64,000 nucleotides of DNA from the NCBI GenBank assembly GCA_013265495.1, contig MU061579.1, forward strand, positions 3,593,319 through 3,657,318, in the 5' to 3' direction. Positions 1-11,298 of the stretch are shown here, one piece after another. The position numbers were made by a program, and so were the translations under genes. The first letter of the stretch is position 1. Each line of letters begins with the position of its first letter. The notes beneath the pieces were generated by a model. That model ran no database searches, had not been told where the DNA came from, and saw nothing but the letters and a program-made list of their open reading frames with translations. The DNA comes from Vicugna vicugna. Taxonomy: Eukaryota.

Positions 1-108
1 TCAGAGCTTTCTGAAAGACTGTCTCTTGAGTTATAATCCTCAAGTTGGCTCAAAATAAATTTTTCCCTTTCTTTCTTAGATCAACTGTTGATTCATTTTT
101 CATCAGCA
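1..108 (+). mobile_element. 3' end of an ERV1-type LTR, truncated by the window edge
   Basis: AATAAA near 53, a U5-like tail ending ...TCAGCA, then an abrupt switch into a different LTR sequence; probably nested in the next LTR. Confidence 0.55.
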
Positions 109-634
109 TAGCCTTAGCATTCCCCTCAGCCCAACTAAACTTTAGACACTTTTCTTCCTGAGTTTCCTCACTCTAGGACTCTTCACCTCTTCTTCTTCAA
201 GCATTTAATTTGGAAAACTTGTAAATTCTGCCCCTTTGGATCCAAACCTTGAAAAGGCTCTTGCCAGTTTTACAGCCCAGGATTCTATTTCTCAGGGTCC
301 TGGAAGCCATTCTTCTGAAATAAATCATCAAGGATGATAGTGCCTCGTCTTCCAGTCTGTGGGAGAGCGGGAGCCTGACTTCTAACTTTCTAGGACACCT
401 TGTTACAGATTGTAAAACTGCCTCCCATGAAGAAGAGAAATTTTTCTATCTTTAGGTAAAGCCAAGCAGCAAACACAGATGGTCTGTGAACTTCCCTAAT
501 TTCAGCTCTTAAAATTTCTCCCAATCTTTGCTTTATTGGAGTTGAGTTCAGACTCTCTCTCTCCTATTTCAATAATTTCAAATAAAGCCTTCTTTACCTA
601 TTCAACTTGATCTGGTGCAAACTTTGCTTTGTCA
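109..634 (+). mobile_element. ERV1 LTR, MER39/MER34-like
   Basis: Core GGTCCTGGAAGCCATTCTTCTGAAATAAATCATCAAGGATGATAG...GTGGGAGAGCGGGAGCCTGACTTC resembles the MER34/MER39 group; AATAAA near 582; ends ...CTTTGTCA. Confidence 0.7.
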
Positions 635-1462
635 CATTCATCATAACTTTAGTGTTATATATTTTTTTCCTATTCTATACTTTACAGAATAAAATAGTTA
701 AATGTGAAAGGTAAAAAGACTAAAGTAAAATTACACTTTAAAGTGTTAAGAATAAAACAATAGATAAACAGATAAGACATTGGCTGAAACTCAATTAGCA
801 CATTGAGTCTTATTTACATTACCATTTATTTAAAAAAGAAAAATAAACTTTGCTTTAAAACTTTTTGCAAAAAAAATTAATGATTAAAATAATAATTTAA
901 AATAAAATGAGTTTAAACAGAGCCAGAGAAGATCTTTTGGGATAAGCAGCTTTGGCCTTTTCTTTTTTTTTTTTTAAATCTTCCCAAAAAAATCTGTGGT
1001 CATTGTTAACCACGTGGTTCCTGACGGGTGTTATCCCAAGATAATTTTATTTAACATTATGGTAGTTTCTCTAACTTTGGTCACTCTCCATACTTCTCTA
1101 AATACGATAATTTGTAGACTAAAAAGGGTTTATATTTGGCCCATACAAAAAGGGGTGAGTTTTGAAATGGCTGCCAAAAACAAACAAACAGAAGGAATGA
1201 ATTATTGTCTGGTCTAAAATTGAACTTCAGAATATTGATTGTAAACTCTTACTAACATTCCATTCACTAGGTCTAGGTAATTATCTCTTATAACCTCTAA
1301 AAAATCTTTAACTTGGAATTGTATGTAGACGTTTAAATAGCTAAGGGTTACTCAATCACACCAACTCTTTTACAAACAAACAAACAAAAAAACAAAAAAA
1401 ACTTCAACAAGTCTACACATGGAGAGAAAAAACTCTAATGTGGAATCGTTAACAAGCATTCC

Positions 1463-1588
1463 AGAGGGGGAGGGTATAGCTCAAGGGCTAGAACTTACAC
1501 TCAGAGTGATGAGGCCCTGAGTTCAATCCCCAGGACCTCCTCCAAAAATAAATAAACAAATCTAATTATCACCCCTCCAAAGAAAAAG
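1463..1588 (+). mobile_element. tRNA-derived SINE, camelid Vic-1-like
   Basis: GGGGAGGGTATAGCTCAAGGG with box A at 1477-1487; box B GTTCAATCC at 1521-1529; A-rich tail; perfect 12-bp TSD AACAAGCATTCC at 1451-1462 and 1589-1600. Confidence 0.88.
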
Positions 1589-2407
1589 AACAAGCATTCC
1601 TGTATCAGCAGGGGGATGGTGATATGACTAGCCACAAGTTTCTGGCTAATCTGGCTTGACTTGATCATCTAGGTTTTAGTGCCATCTCCATCTACTCATT
1701 TAATGCCGAGTGCTCTTCATGACCCACAAAGACCCACATGAGAATGGGTGCATCCTTCTTTTAGGAATTTAACATCAATAGCAGACACTTTTGTCTTTTT
1801 TATCTATAATATAAAAAGACAAAATTTAAGTAGAGGCTCTTTATCAAATGTTTCAGTATTCATAATTGTATATCTTCTTAATTGTATTGAACTAGAAGTC
1901 TGATTCTCTTTAAAACACTGCCAAGTGTTTGCCACTGCTCTCCATTTCCTGAGAATGTTTGCTCCCTATCTATTCTATATCCTTAAAATTGCTGCAGTAG
2001 GTGAGTTTTTGTCTCCTAGTTTTTGAGAGAAAGAGAATAATCTCCAGAATACTTATAATCCAAAAACAAAAAAACTGTCTTAATAAAAACAGCCAAATTT
2101 TTCTGAATGTTTACTAAGTGTCAGGAAATTTGCACTGGCTTTAAAACATATGATTTTAACTTTCATAAGCCAGTGATACACATAGTATATGATAAAAGCA
2201 TTATTGTTCATCAGGTGAGAAAGATAAATAAGCATCAGAACACAAACCCATTAATTCCCATTATGCAATACTGACTTCCCATTCCACTGATATTCTGTGA
2301 AGTAATACCCATCACCTCAGTGGCTGTAACGAGAGAATATGACCCTTTTTCATGATTCCATGGCCTTTATCTTATTTTTAAGTAAATTAGGTCTACATTC
2401 AAGCTCT

Positions 2408-2812
2408 CGTTAATCTGAAACATTAAAACAGTCAGTTACTTTATCAGCAAAATGGGTTTATTCAGGAGCAGAAAATAATTGCAATTTTGGATGTGGAACG
2501 ATGGCAAACCATATGCAATTCCAGTAAAGCAAATGAGACGAAACTCCTTTAAAGAGGAGATGTAGTTGGGAGGAGCTGTTTATAACACAAAATCCACTGA
2601 AGGAATTCATTGGCTGAGTCATGATAGTTTCTCATTGGCTGAGTTGTTGGCAGGTAAGAAGAAAATCTGCCTTCCTCCTATTGGCAGTAGTACTTCGGCG
2701 TCACTTCCTACTAGAAATGCAAGGTGTGTCTCTTCCTGTGGGGATCTGTATTGAAGTCAAGTTGTACTTCTGGCCTCCTGACTAAATTTTAGCAGGGTTA
2801 TTAATTTTCATG
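2408..2812 (-). mobile_element. ERV1-type solo LTR
   Basis: TTTATT (minus-strand polyA signal) near 2457; repeated CCAAT boxes on the minus strand; candidate 4-bp TSD CTCT at 2404-2407 and 2813-2816; terminal dinucleotides degenerate. Confidence 0.65.
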
Positions 2813-3719
2813 CTCTCAACCTAATAAAGTTATTGGAAGCACAGTTACATTATACAACATGATCAATATTGTAATACAATGTATGCACCAAATGTTGTAA
2901 GAGAACACAGACTTCTTCTCAACAACAAAAAAATAAATATAACAAACTAAAAGTTAATTAATGCTATTTATACTGTCTTTTATTTTGAATCACTGTGAAC
3001 CACTAGTAGTTCTAAATGAAATATGCAGTCTCGACCAGGTCCTTCTGTATTATTTGGAGTGACTTTTCATGTTTCAGTCTTTCTTTGGCATTTTATCTCC
3101 TTATACGTACCTTATACGTATTATATCATGATTGATTTTCCCCCAATGCCCAGTCAGATCCTCAGAGAACAATAAGATTAAAAAAGAAAAAAAAAAAAGG
3201 AAAGAAAGCATACTTAAATGTATTTACAAAATAGGAAATATGAACTGTTTTGATTATTTAAAATCTGTCTAAATGAAATGTGCAGCATCACATACTCATC
3301 ATCTTATCTAAACTTCTGTTAAGAAGACATGTGAGTGGAATTGGTATTTTCCACTTTACACAATTATCTAAAGCTCCTTCAACTCAGTTTCTGCTGAAAT
3401 TACATCTTGTCCTTGGGAGTGAAAAGGTCTTTGTTGTTTGTTTTTGTCTCATGACCTCATTCTTCTCTATAGAAGACTTAGGGATTCATCATCAGACCCT
3501 TAGAAAAAATACAGCATTTATTAAACCTCTTGTTCATGGTCCAGGTCTGAGAATCATACATAAGAAGGCTTGGTTTATAAGGAAGGAAGCAATGTTGATT
3601 CAAGCAAAGCTGAGTGATAATTGACAAGTAACATCCAACCTATACAGATAAGGTCAAGATCAATGAAAGATGCAAGAGAGAGGGTTATAATTTGCTAGAT
3701 TTCATTGTGGGTGCTCAGA

Positions 3720-3983
3720 CGTTGGAAAAGAGACACTGAGAAATTCATGTAAGTAAACACATTTTTACAGCTGTGTTAGAATCTGGATATACATATATAG
3801 AATGGATTGACACATGGGATGTGTGCCTTAGGGGAGCAGTTGTTCTTCTGCTATAGTTCACTAGGGTGACACTGGTTCCAGTTTCTAGGGTGATAATATA
3901 TGATAGTGCCCTGCAGGCTGTGTCTCTTAGTTGAAACCATTACACTGGAAATGGAGAAAATATAAAGATTTTTATGGCTAACA
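3720..3983 (-). mobile_element. Old LTR, possibly MER73/MER88/LTR53-like
   Basis: Reverse complement starts TGTTAGCCATAAAAATCTTTATATTTTCTCCATTTCCAGTGTAATGGTTTCAAC and ends ...TTCCAACG, resembling this LTR group. Confidence 0.5.
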
Positions 3984-4734
3984 GTATGCTATCTCTTTTT
4001 ATTAATAATTTCATTGGAAATATCCTCATTATGTGTTTATTATATTTTCCTAATGCTCTGCAATAAATACATATGGCTTTTATAATCAGAAAAAAATACA
4101 TGCTACTAAAAATTTTCTAATATATACTTATGGTTAAACCTGCTAGACAAGGGAAATCCTGAAAATGAAAGCAGTAAGATAACTTTCTTATTTGGGTAAT
4201 TGAAAAAAATGACTAGCCTAAAGTGAATTTAATTTGGCAACTGCCCATATTTTATGTCCCCAATATGAATTTTATCTATGTTCCCAAGTTCATGCAGTTG
4301 TGATAAATACGGACTATTATAACTGTTGAAAAATTCTGTACCTTTATTCAACAAAATATTGTGGTACTAATCACAAATTTTTAAAGAGCTGTAGAATAAA
4401 ATGGGAAAACTGTGGGAAAAGATGGGAAAGTTGTGGGGAAAAAGCTGTGGACTAAATGACAAACTGAATGACTGCACAAATGAATGAGTGATATATTCTA
4501 GTTGTTAATACCTGAGTTGAGAATAAATCATGTCATGTATGGGTAGTGCAGAAAGGAATGTTCCGAGTAATCAAAGGAATTTATGTCAACCTTGTGACCG
4601 ATCTCAATTATTCTGAAGTGAGAAATACCCCTTCCACTCCCACAAAAAGCATGTCCATAAAGCCATCATGCTTTACTTTCACTGTACTTTATGGCATGTA
4701 GAAAAAATTGATAAAGTCATTAAATTAGACTCAT

Positions 4735-4900
4735 AAATTCACAGAATTTTGAGGCTAAAAGTGTATTTTAGAGATCATTTAATCTAACACCCTCCATCTA
4801 TTGGATCAGAAAGCAAAGGCATAAATACTAAGATTATCTCCTCAGTTCACACAATGACTTAACTCTGAGCTTCGGTTGGAACCCTGTACTTGTCCTGCTC
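4735..4900 (-). mobile_element. MIR/MIR3 fragment
   Basis: ACAGAATTTTGAGGCTAAAAGTGTATTTTAGAGATCATTTAATCTAACACCCTC... matches the reverse-strand MIR3 pattern. Confidence 0.55.
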
Positions 4901-5203
4901 AGCCACTGGTTCCTATGCTATACCGAAACTGGTTTTCTTCAGGACCCACAGAGACACGGTGGCAGGATAAAAATACACAAACTGGCTTTTAATTTTAATT
5001 TAAAAATGATAACTTGATCAATGCAATGTTTTAATCAAATAAATCAGAAAAATGGAAAAATTTTGATATGTGGTGTGGAATTACTAAACCACTGTGCATG
5101 TATTAACAAATATATTACCTTATATTTAACCCAGTACCATCTTCTCTTTGTGTTTTCTACTTTTAAGCCATAATTGAAATTGAGATACCCCCATGAAACG
5201 TAA

Positions 5204-5941
5204 TGTTATGAAAGGGGAAAAAAAAAGTCTAACAAAGACTTATAATATTGAAAACTGCAGAAATCCTGGTGAATAATGAGTACTTTCAAACTCTGTACCA
5301 AGAAACTTAACCAAATTTTAGCCTGGCTTCTAGCAGCTTTTAGCCTTGACTCAAGGATGACCTCAGTTCCCTCTAAAATGCCTGCCTAAGAAAGCTCAAT
5401 GTTGCTAGGAAAATTTGCTGTTTGTTCTAGCTAAAACTTGGTGATAGCCAGATAAACCTCTGAACACCTTCTTGAAGCAGTTACTTTAGAAATCTTGCAA
5501 TTTTAAGTCCTTTCTCTGTCCTTCCAGATGTAAATCTACTACCCAAAACTGTCTCCTCAAGGACCTTGAGAATTGGCTCTTTGAAATGCAAGCATTCAGA
5601 AAGACTCCCAGGCACTCTCTCCCAGTCCTTGGGGGAGGATAAGAACCTAAATTCCATAGGCACCTTGCTTCAGTTACCTCCTGTCATAAAGATACACTGG
5701 GGAAGCCTGCTTCAATCACCTCCCTTCACGAAGTTCCTTTCTCCTCTAGCTGTGCCAGTCAAGAAAGCTGGTAGCCTAGACCCATGGACTGACACCCGTC
5801 AACAACTTTCAGTGCCTCTCCCTCAGCACAGGCCAGGCTTGAAAAGTTTCCAGCCTTTCGTTTCACAGCTTTGAGTTCAATTCACACTGGACCGTCTTTC
5901 CTGTTGCAGTGACTAGTGTCCATTTTTGTTTATCATTGACG
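5204..5941 (+). mobile_element. ERV1 solo LTR, MER34-like
   Basis: Shares the CTCAAGGACC...CTCTTTGAAATG...CTCCCAGTC...GGGAGGATAAGAACCTAA block with the LTR at 109-634; ends ACTAGTGTCC...TTTGTTTATCATTGACG. Accounts for ORFs 5481-5663 and 5566-5874. Confidence 0.7.
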
Positions 5942-7731
5942 ATACATTGCTAGGTGGCCAGAGCTGGCAGATCAAACTCAGACCACGGGTGATTGTGTGG
6001 GGTCCTCTCATTGCAACTATTTCAGGAGCATGAAGACCTACCCTGTAATATGATGCCATCCACATAAACTCCACTTCATACCATATTTTGAGATTAAATA
6101 TTATAAACGTGAATGTTTAATTTCTAAAAAGCATCAGTGTAGCTGGAGTTGATGTTCAAAACAGAAGAACTGACTTCCTAACATGTTCGATTTGACTAAG
6201 AAAGCAAATTCCTTACTTTAAGGCAGGTAGTACCCACTCTACATCTTCAAAGTTCAGGTGGATTTAATGTGTGATACCTTTGTTATGAATGATGGGAGTC
6301 CAGAAAACTGTAGCTAACTAGAGTATACAAGTACTATTCCAACAACATTCGAATGTAGAATAATAAAATCCCAACCAATATGTAAGTTAATTTTGAGCCT
6401 TAGCTGGCTATGTTTTTACCCCTGGTTTAAGATAATAATTACGTACACAGAGAAAACTGTTTGGAGTCATTAGTTTGCTATTAATTGCTATTGTCTATTA
6501 AATTCCTCTATATGTTTTTAAAACTGTTTCTTTTTAAATTAAGGGTTGAATCAACATAGAAAAACATAAAATGATTTTTTGTATCTGGTGTGTTTATAAA
6601 TTTAGCTTTAAATATATGCTATATCTGAAGAAATAATGTATTTCTTTATTTTAACATAATTTCAGGGCTTTCTTATTATTATTTCACTAGGTTATCAAAG
6701 ATATATGAAAGCTGTAACTATATCAGATACTGAGAATAAGAGTATTCGGTACAATGTGAGAGTTTTGAATACATCAACTATATAGCCAACAACAACAAAA
6801 ATCTTTGCTAAGACTGTACTCTCAGAAATTTAATTCACCTAACCAATATCAAAATAAAAACATATTTTAAACATCAATTCAATTTTCAGTCTCTTCACCT
6901 TTGGTGTGAATTAGTTCACACAGACTTATTTTTCTAAAAGTTAAGGACAAAAAAAAAGTTAGGAACAAGCAATTGTGAGGTTTGTGCGTATTTATTATAG
7001 TTTTGTTCGAAAGGAGTAAGTGTTGGACTTCAAGTCTGTACTAGGAAACCTGATGTCAGGAGAAGGGCTGTGCCAAAATCTAGGAGATACCATGTGAGCC
7101 AAACACAGGAAGGAGTCAGAGGCAAACAATCTACTTGAAAATTTCCCAGCGAAAGTCTTAGGTATAAAGTTGGCCTTGTTAACTGCACTAAACAAATACT
7201 ATCAGAATGGCTGGGGAACCTGAGACTCACGGTCATTTCACACCAATTTATGTGAGGTATTTACTGACAGCCTATGATATTTAAGGTCTTATGCTTTGTA
7301 CAAAGTTTGAAAAGGCATTATTAAAGAAGCTAAAACATTTACACAAATAAGTAGGATGAAGGACCATATGTAAGTAATCAGTCCTCTTATTTTTATTTCT
7401 AAGTTCATCCATTTCCTTTCTCCCATGTAGAACATTCAGAAATGTTGAAAAAATATATTGGAAAATTATCAGAGCTTTGGTGAAAAGGTTGCATAGCTGC
7501 TCATTCTTAGCAGAAGCTGTGGATAGTATATTGTAAACAATTTTTAAAGGCAGTGTTTAGATGGAAAGATTTTTAAGACCTTGATGAAAAATGTAAAGGA
7601 AAAAGTGTAAAAGAAATACCGTACGGCAGGCAGAGAAGTCCACAGAAGATGGCATTCTGTAGCTTTGTATCTTTAGACCCCAAATCTTACTGCTGGATTC
7701 TACTCTCAGTCTTCTTTCTCCTGATAGATGA

Positions 7732-8005
7732 CTTACATTTTTTTCCTATTGAAGTAGGTACAATCAATTTACAATGTTGTGTTAATCTCTGGTGTACAGC
7801 ATAGTGATTCAGTTATACACACACATATATATATTCTTTTTCATAATAAGTTACTACAAGATATTAAATATAGTTTTCTGTTCTATACAGTAGGACCAGT
7901 TGTTTATCTATTTTATATATAGCAGTTAGTATCTGCAAATCCTGAACTCCCAACTTATTCCTCCCTGACTCTTCCCCTCTGGAAACCATAAGTTTGTTTT
8001 CTAGG
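7732..8005 (-). mobile_element. 5'-truncated L1 3' end, artiodactyl type
   Basis: T-tract then TTGAAGTAG...TTTACAATGTTGTGTTAATCTCTGGTGTACAGCATAGTGATTCAGTTATACAC...; flanked by 14/15-identical direct repeats TCT(C/T)CTGATAGATGA at 7717-7731 and 8006-8020 (TSD). Confidence 0.85.
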
Positions 8006-8122
8006 TCTTCTGATAGATGATGCTGGGTGACATACTACTTCTTAATACTGAGTAGCTGAAAAACTACCTAATATGTGTGTGCTCCAAACATTTCAGATGT
8101 AAAAAAGGAAGAAGCAAAACCT

Positions 8123-8150
8123 AAAAAAAAAAAAAAAAAAAAAAAAAAAA
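8123..8150 (+). repeat. Poly(A) tract of 28 nt
   Basis: Read directly from the sequence. Confidence 0.95.
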
Positions 8151-9336
8151 GAAGACTTTAAGAGAATAGTAGGCCAATTCTTCATGTGGCACATGCTTCT
8201 TACCCCTCTCTACCCTCATACCTCCCAGAGGTCAATTCATCTCCTCTGGAAGTAGTGGTGGGTCATAGGGAGGGAAACTAATGTGAGTAGCTGTGGAACC
8301 ATCACACAGAAGCCCGGCATGAGCAAAATGCTGGGACTCCAGGGACATCTAGTCTGCTAGCAAGACTCACGTTCAGATTACCCAAGGAAATACTGAAGTG
8401 ATACAAAGGCTTCAGTAAATAATGCCATCTAACCTGAAAAATCCAGGATGCCGTATATAGATACCGACTGTCTAAACAATGGAGTTTGAAGAGGAACAGA
8501 AAAATTTGGTGGGATTAGGAAGAAAAGATTTGGAAAATACTCAAATAATAGAAGCAGTAGTTAACCTCCGAGAGACTTTTTCATGAATAATCTGCCTCAG
8601 GAAAAGATCTAGGACACTGGAAGTAAGTACACTGGAGAAACATATTATCATGTGTGGTTTAAATAACACAGTGTGACTGAGCTGAAGGTACCTTTCACCT
8701 ATTACATGATTCTCAGTTTAAAACACTGAGGCAAAGCTGAAGGACCATTTATTCAATTCACAACAAATGAAAATGTACAGAACCAATGTGCCCTAAAAAT
8801 AATCATACCAAGTTAATATTTAATAATTTGAAATCAAGCAGTGGCTTTTAAAAAGAAAAATCTGCATTCAGTTACCAAATTGGAGCACACCTAGTTCACA
8901 TGGTTATCTCCTACTGAATTACACTCTTCATAATATTTTCTATTTTAAATTGACTCACAGACTCAAGAAAACCAATGCTATGAATGAAAAGATGTGGAGA
9001 AATGAAGACATTTTTATTCCATCAATAAGAGTCCAAAAGGATAGAGCAAATAAAACTAGTTCTAATAGGATTATCTACTGATATTATTAAGGTCCAGTAA
9101 AAATGGAGGAAATCCAGGTTTAAATAAACCTATTGTTTAATTCACCTGCGTACAGTTTGTTTCTAGGATGTCTCTTTTCTTTCTCTCTTTCTCTATTTCT
9201 TTCTCTCTCTCTTTCCTTTGCATGGATAAATAAATTGCTCCAAAATTAGTTAGAAAATATAAATGAAAGAAATTTAACCTATATGATGACTCAACATTTA
9301 CATTTTACACCTAAAATAATATCAAATATATTTAGA

Positions 9337-9643
9337 CCTGTGCAATTGTCATATATGGTGTTGAGCCCTTGAAAGGGCGTTGGGCATATTATGATATGCT
9401 AGATGCATAAAAAATACACAACCTGCCAGAAGTGCACAAATAATTAAAGAAGAAAAAATAAAATATCATTAACGATTCTTCTATTGATTACATGCAGAAA
9501 GGATAATATTTTGGCTATATTTGGTTAAATAAATATATTATTAGATCAGTATTACCCATTTCACTTTATACCTTTAAATGTGGCTAACGGAAAAATTTAA
9601 GTTCTATATGTGATTTACATTATATTTCTACTGGACAACACTG
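9337..9643 (-). mobile_element. MER33-like hAT-Charlie DNA transposon relic
   Basis: Reverse complement begins CAGTGTTGTCCAGTAGAAATATAATGTAAATCACATATAG...TTAGCCACATTTAAAGG, the MER33 terminus. Confidence 0.8.
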
Positions 9644-9989
9644 CTTTATAGTGCTAGGATATTAATTAAGATATATTAGTAAATATTTTAAAAAATGAAA
9701 ATATTTGTTATTCTAGAGTCCATTTGATGTGATTTAGGACTAGATCTAATCTGATATTTAGAACTCTTTAATAATGTAGTAAAATATATGGAAAATAGTT
9801 TGTATAAGAAATCACTTTGAAGTTACCTAACAGGAAACATGCCTGCAGCACTCTGTTTCAAAACTTTATATAATGTATGAGTAGTACATACAACCAAAAT
9901 TAGGAACGACAGGTTGGATTTTTAGCATTTGGAGTTTAAGATTTATAGAAATATGATGACTTCCAGGTCTATGAAGCAGATGTTCCAAA

Positions 9990-10520
9990 ACCTGACTTCT
10001 TAGTTCCTTTCCCTTTTCTCCTTCAGTGATGTTGTTCTTCACCCTCACTTCAACCACCCATCATCTTAGTCATAGCCCACATTTTTTCCTGCAATTATTT
10101 TAATACTCTCCTCCCATAGTCTCAGTTTCATACATTCTGCTCTCTGACCACCTCATCCTAGTGTTCCAGTTTTTCCCTCCCAATATTCCAACTTCTGTAG
10201 TCACTCAACATACTGGAAACTAAAGTATGGGTCTTACCACCGCTCTATAGACATCAGTTTCACTTCTTCCCACCTTGTACAACTTACAGTTCACGATAAA
10301 TCATTAAAATCACTTCCCTATTAGTGACCTTCTTTTCAACCTCTGTGAAGAAAGCAATACTTTCTCCAAGCCTCCACTGCCATAACAATCTTCTACATTG
10401 TGTTAAAAGTTGATCTTTCCTGTCTTCTGGGTATTTGTCACTAAAGCTCTGTGACACAATGTATCTTCAGGGAGTAGTAAGGGATTTGTCAAACAGACAC
10501 TCAAATAACCATTTAAAAAT
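9990..10520 (+). mobile_element. Degraded L2 LINE
   Basis: Pyrimidine-rich sequence with L2 3'-region character, ending near ...AAACAGACACTCAAATAA. Confidence 0.5.
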
Positions 10521-10713
10521 GAGAAAATAAAAGGATAAACAATAGAGGTATTCCCCCTCCTAGGTTTTTACCAGATAACTTTCCTCTGTATTTGCAAAAC
10601 AAAACATTATCAATTTCTACTTGATTGTTTTTTTCAAGAATTTCATTTTCCTTCAAGAATATTTTATTTATTTTTAGTCATAAACGTAGAAGCTGCCACT
10701 TAAGGAGAATAAC

Positions 10714-11298
10714 TATTACTGGAGAATTGGTTCTTGCCTCATGCAGGAAAAGAATTTAAGAGCAAGACACAGTAAGTAAAGTGAAGGCAAGTTTATTTAG
10801 AGAGATACACGCTCTATAGACAGAGTATGATGTGTCTCACTCAGAAGGGAGAGCGGCTTAGGAGATACACGTTCCATAGGCAGAGTGAGGGCCACCTCAA
10901 AAAGAGAGGCTGAGAGTTGACGGGGAGGGGTTTAGTTCAAAGTAAAATTAGGTACACAATCCACAGACAGAGCGTGGGTCACCTCAGAAGGCAAGAGAGA
11001 GAGTAGCCATGTTATTAGTTTTTATGGGCTTGGTAATTTCATATGCTGGAGTAGAAGAATTATTCTAACCAGTTTGGGGAAGGGGGGCAGGGATTTCCAG
11101 GAATTGGGGCCCGACCCACTCTGGGACCTTTTATGGTCAGCCTGGAAACTGTCATAGCACCTGTTGGTGTGCCATAAAGTTCAAGGTCTACTGGAAGTCA
11201 AAATTTCTGACATCTTGGTTCTAATCAGTTTGTCCTATTCTCAATTGCTTTGTCATTCCTTCAATGGTTGTCCCCTGCCCCCTTTCCTTCCTGTCTCA
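10714..11298 (-). mobile_element. MER41-like ERV1 solo LTR, copy 1
   Basis: Reverse complement TGAGACAGGAAGG...AACCAAGATG...ATGACAGTTTCC...TAAATAAACTTGCCTTCACTTTAC...TTCTTTTCCTGCATGAG carries MER41 hallmark blocks; 4-bp TSD TAAC at 10710-10713 and 11299-11302. Confidence 0.85.
11095..11103. promoter_or_regulatory. Candidate STAT/GAS site TTCCAGGAA inside the MER41-like LTR
   Basis: Perfect TTCNNNGAA match at the position equivalent to the GAS motif of primate MER41; function not shown. Confidence 0.5.

Noticed and set aside
1463..1545. Functional tRNA gene
   Set aside because: Diverged cloverleaf, SINE-specific tail and TSD identify it as a retroposed SINE
3099..3120. Tandem duplication (CCTTATACGTA)x2 (similar cases near 17513 and 23158)
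   Set aside because: Ordinary slippage micro-duplications with no sign of function
5946..5961. CTCF-like CTAGGTGGC (also CCAGTAGGCGAC near 50743)
   Set aside because: Only partial matches with mismatches at informative positions
8123..8150. Poly(A) as the tail of a young retro-insertion
   Set aside because: No recognisable element body, polyA signal or convincing TSD
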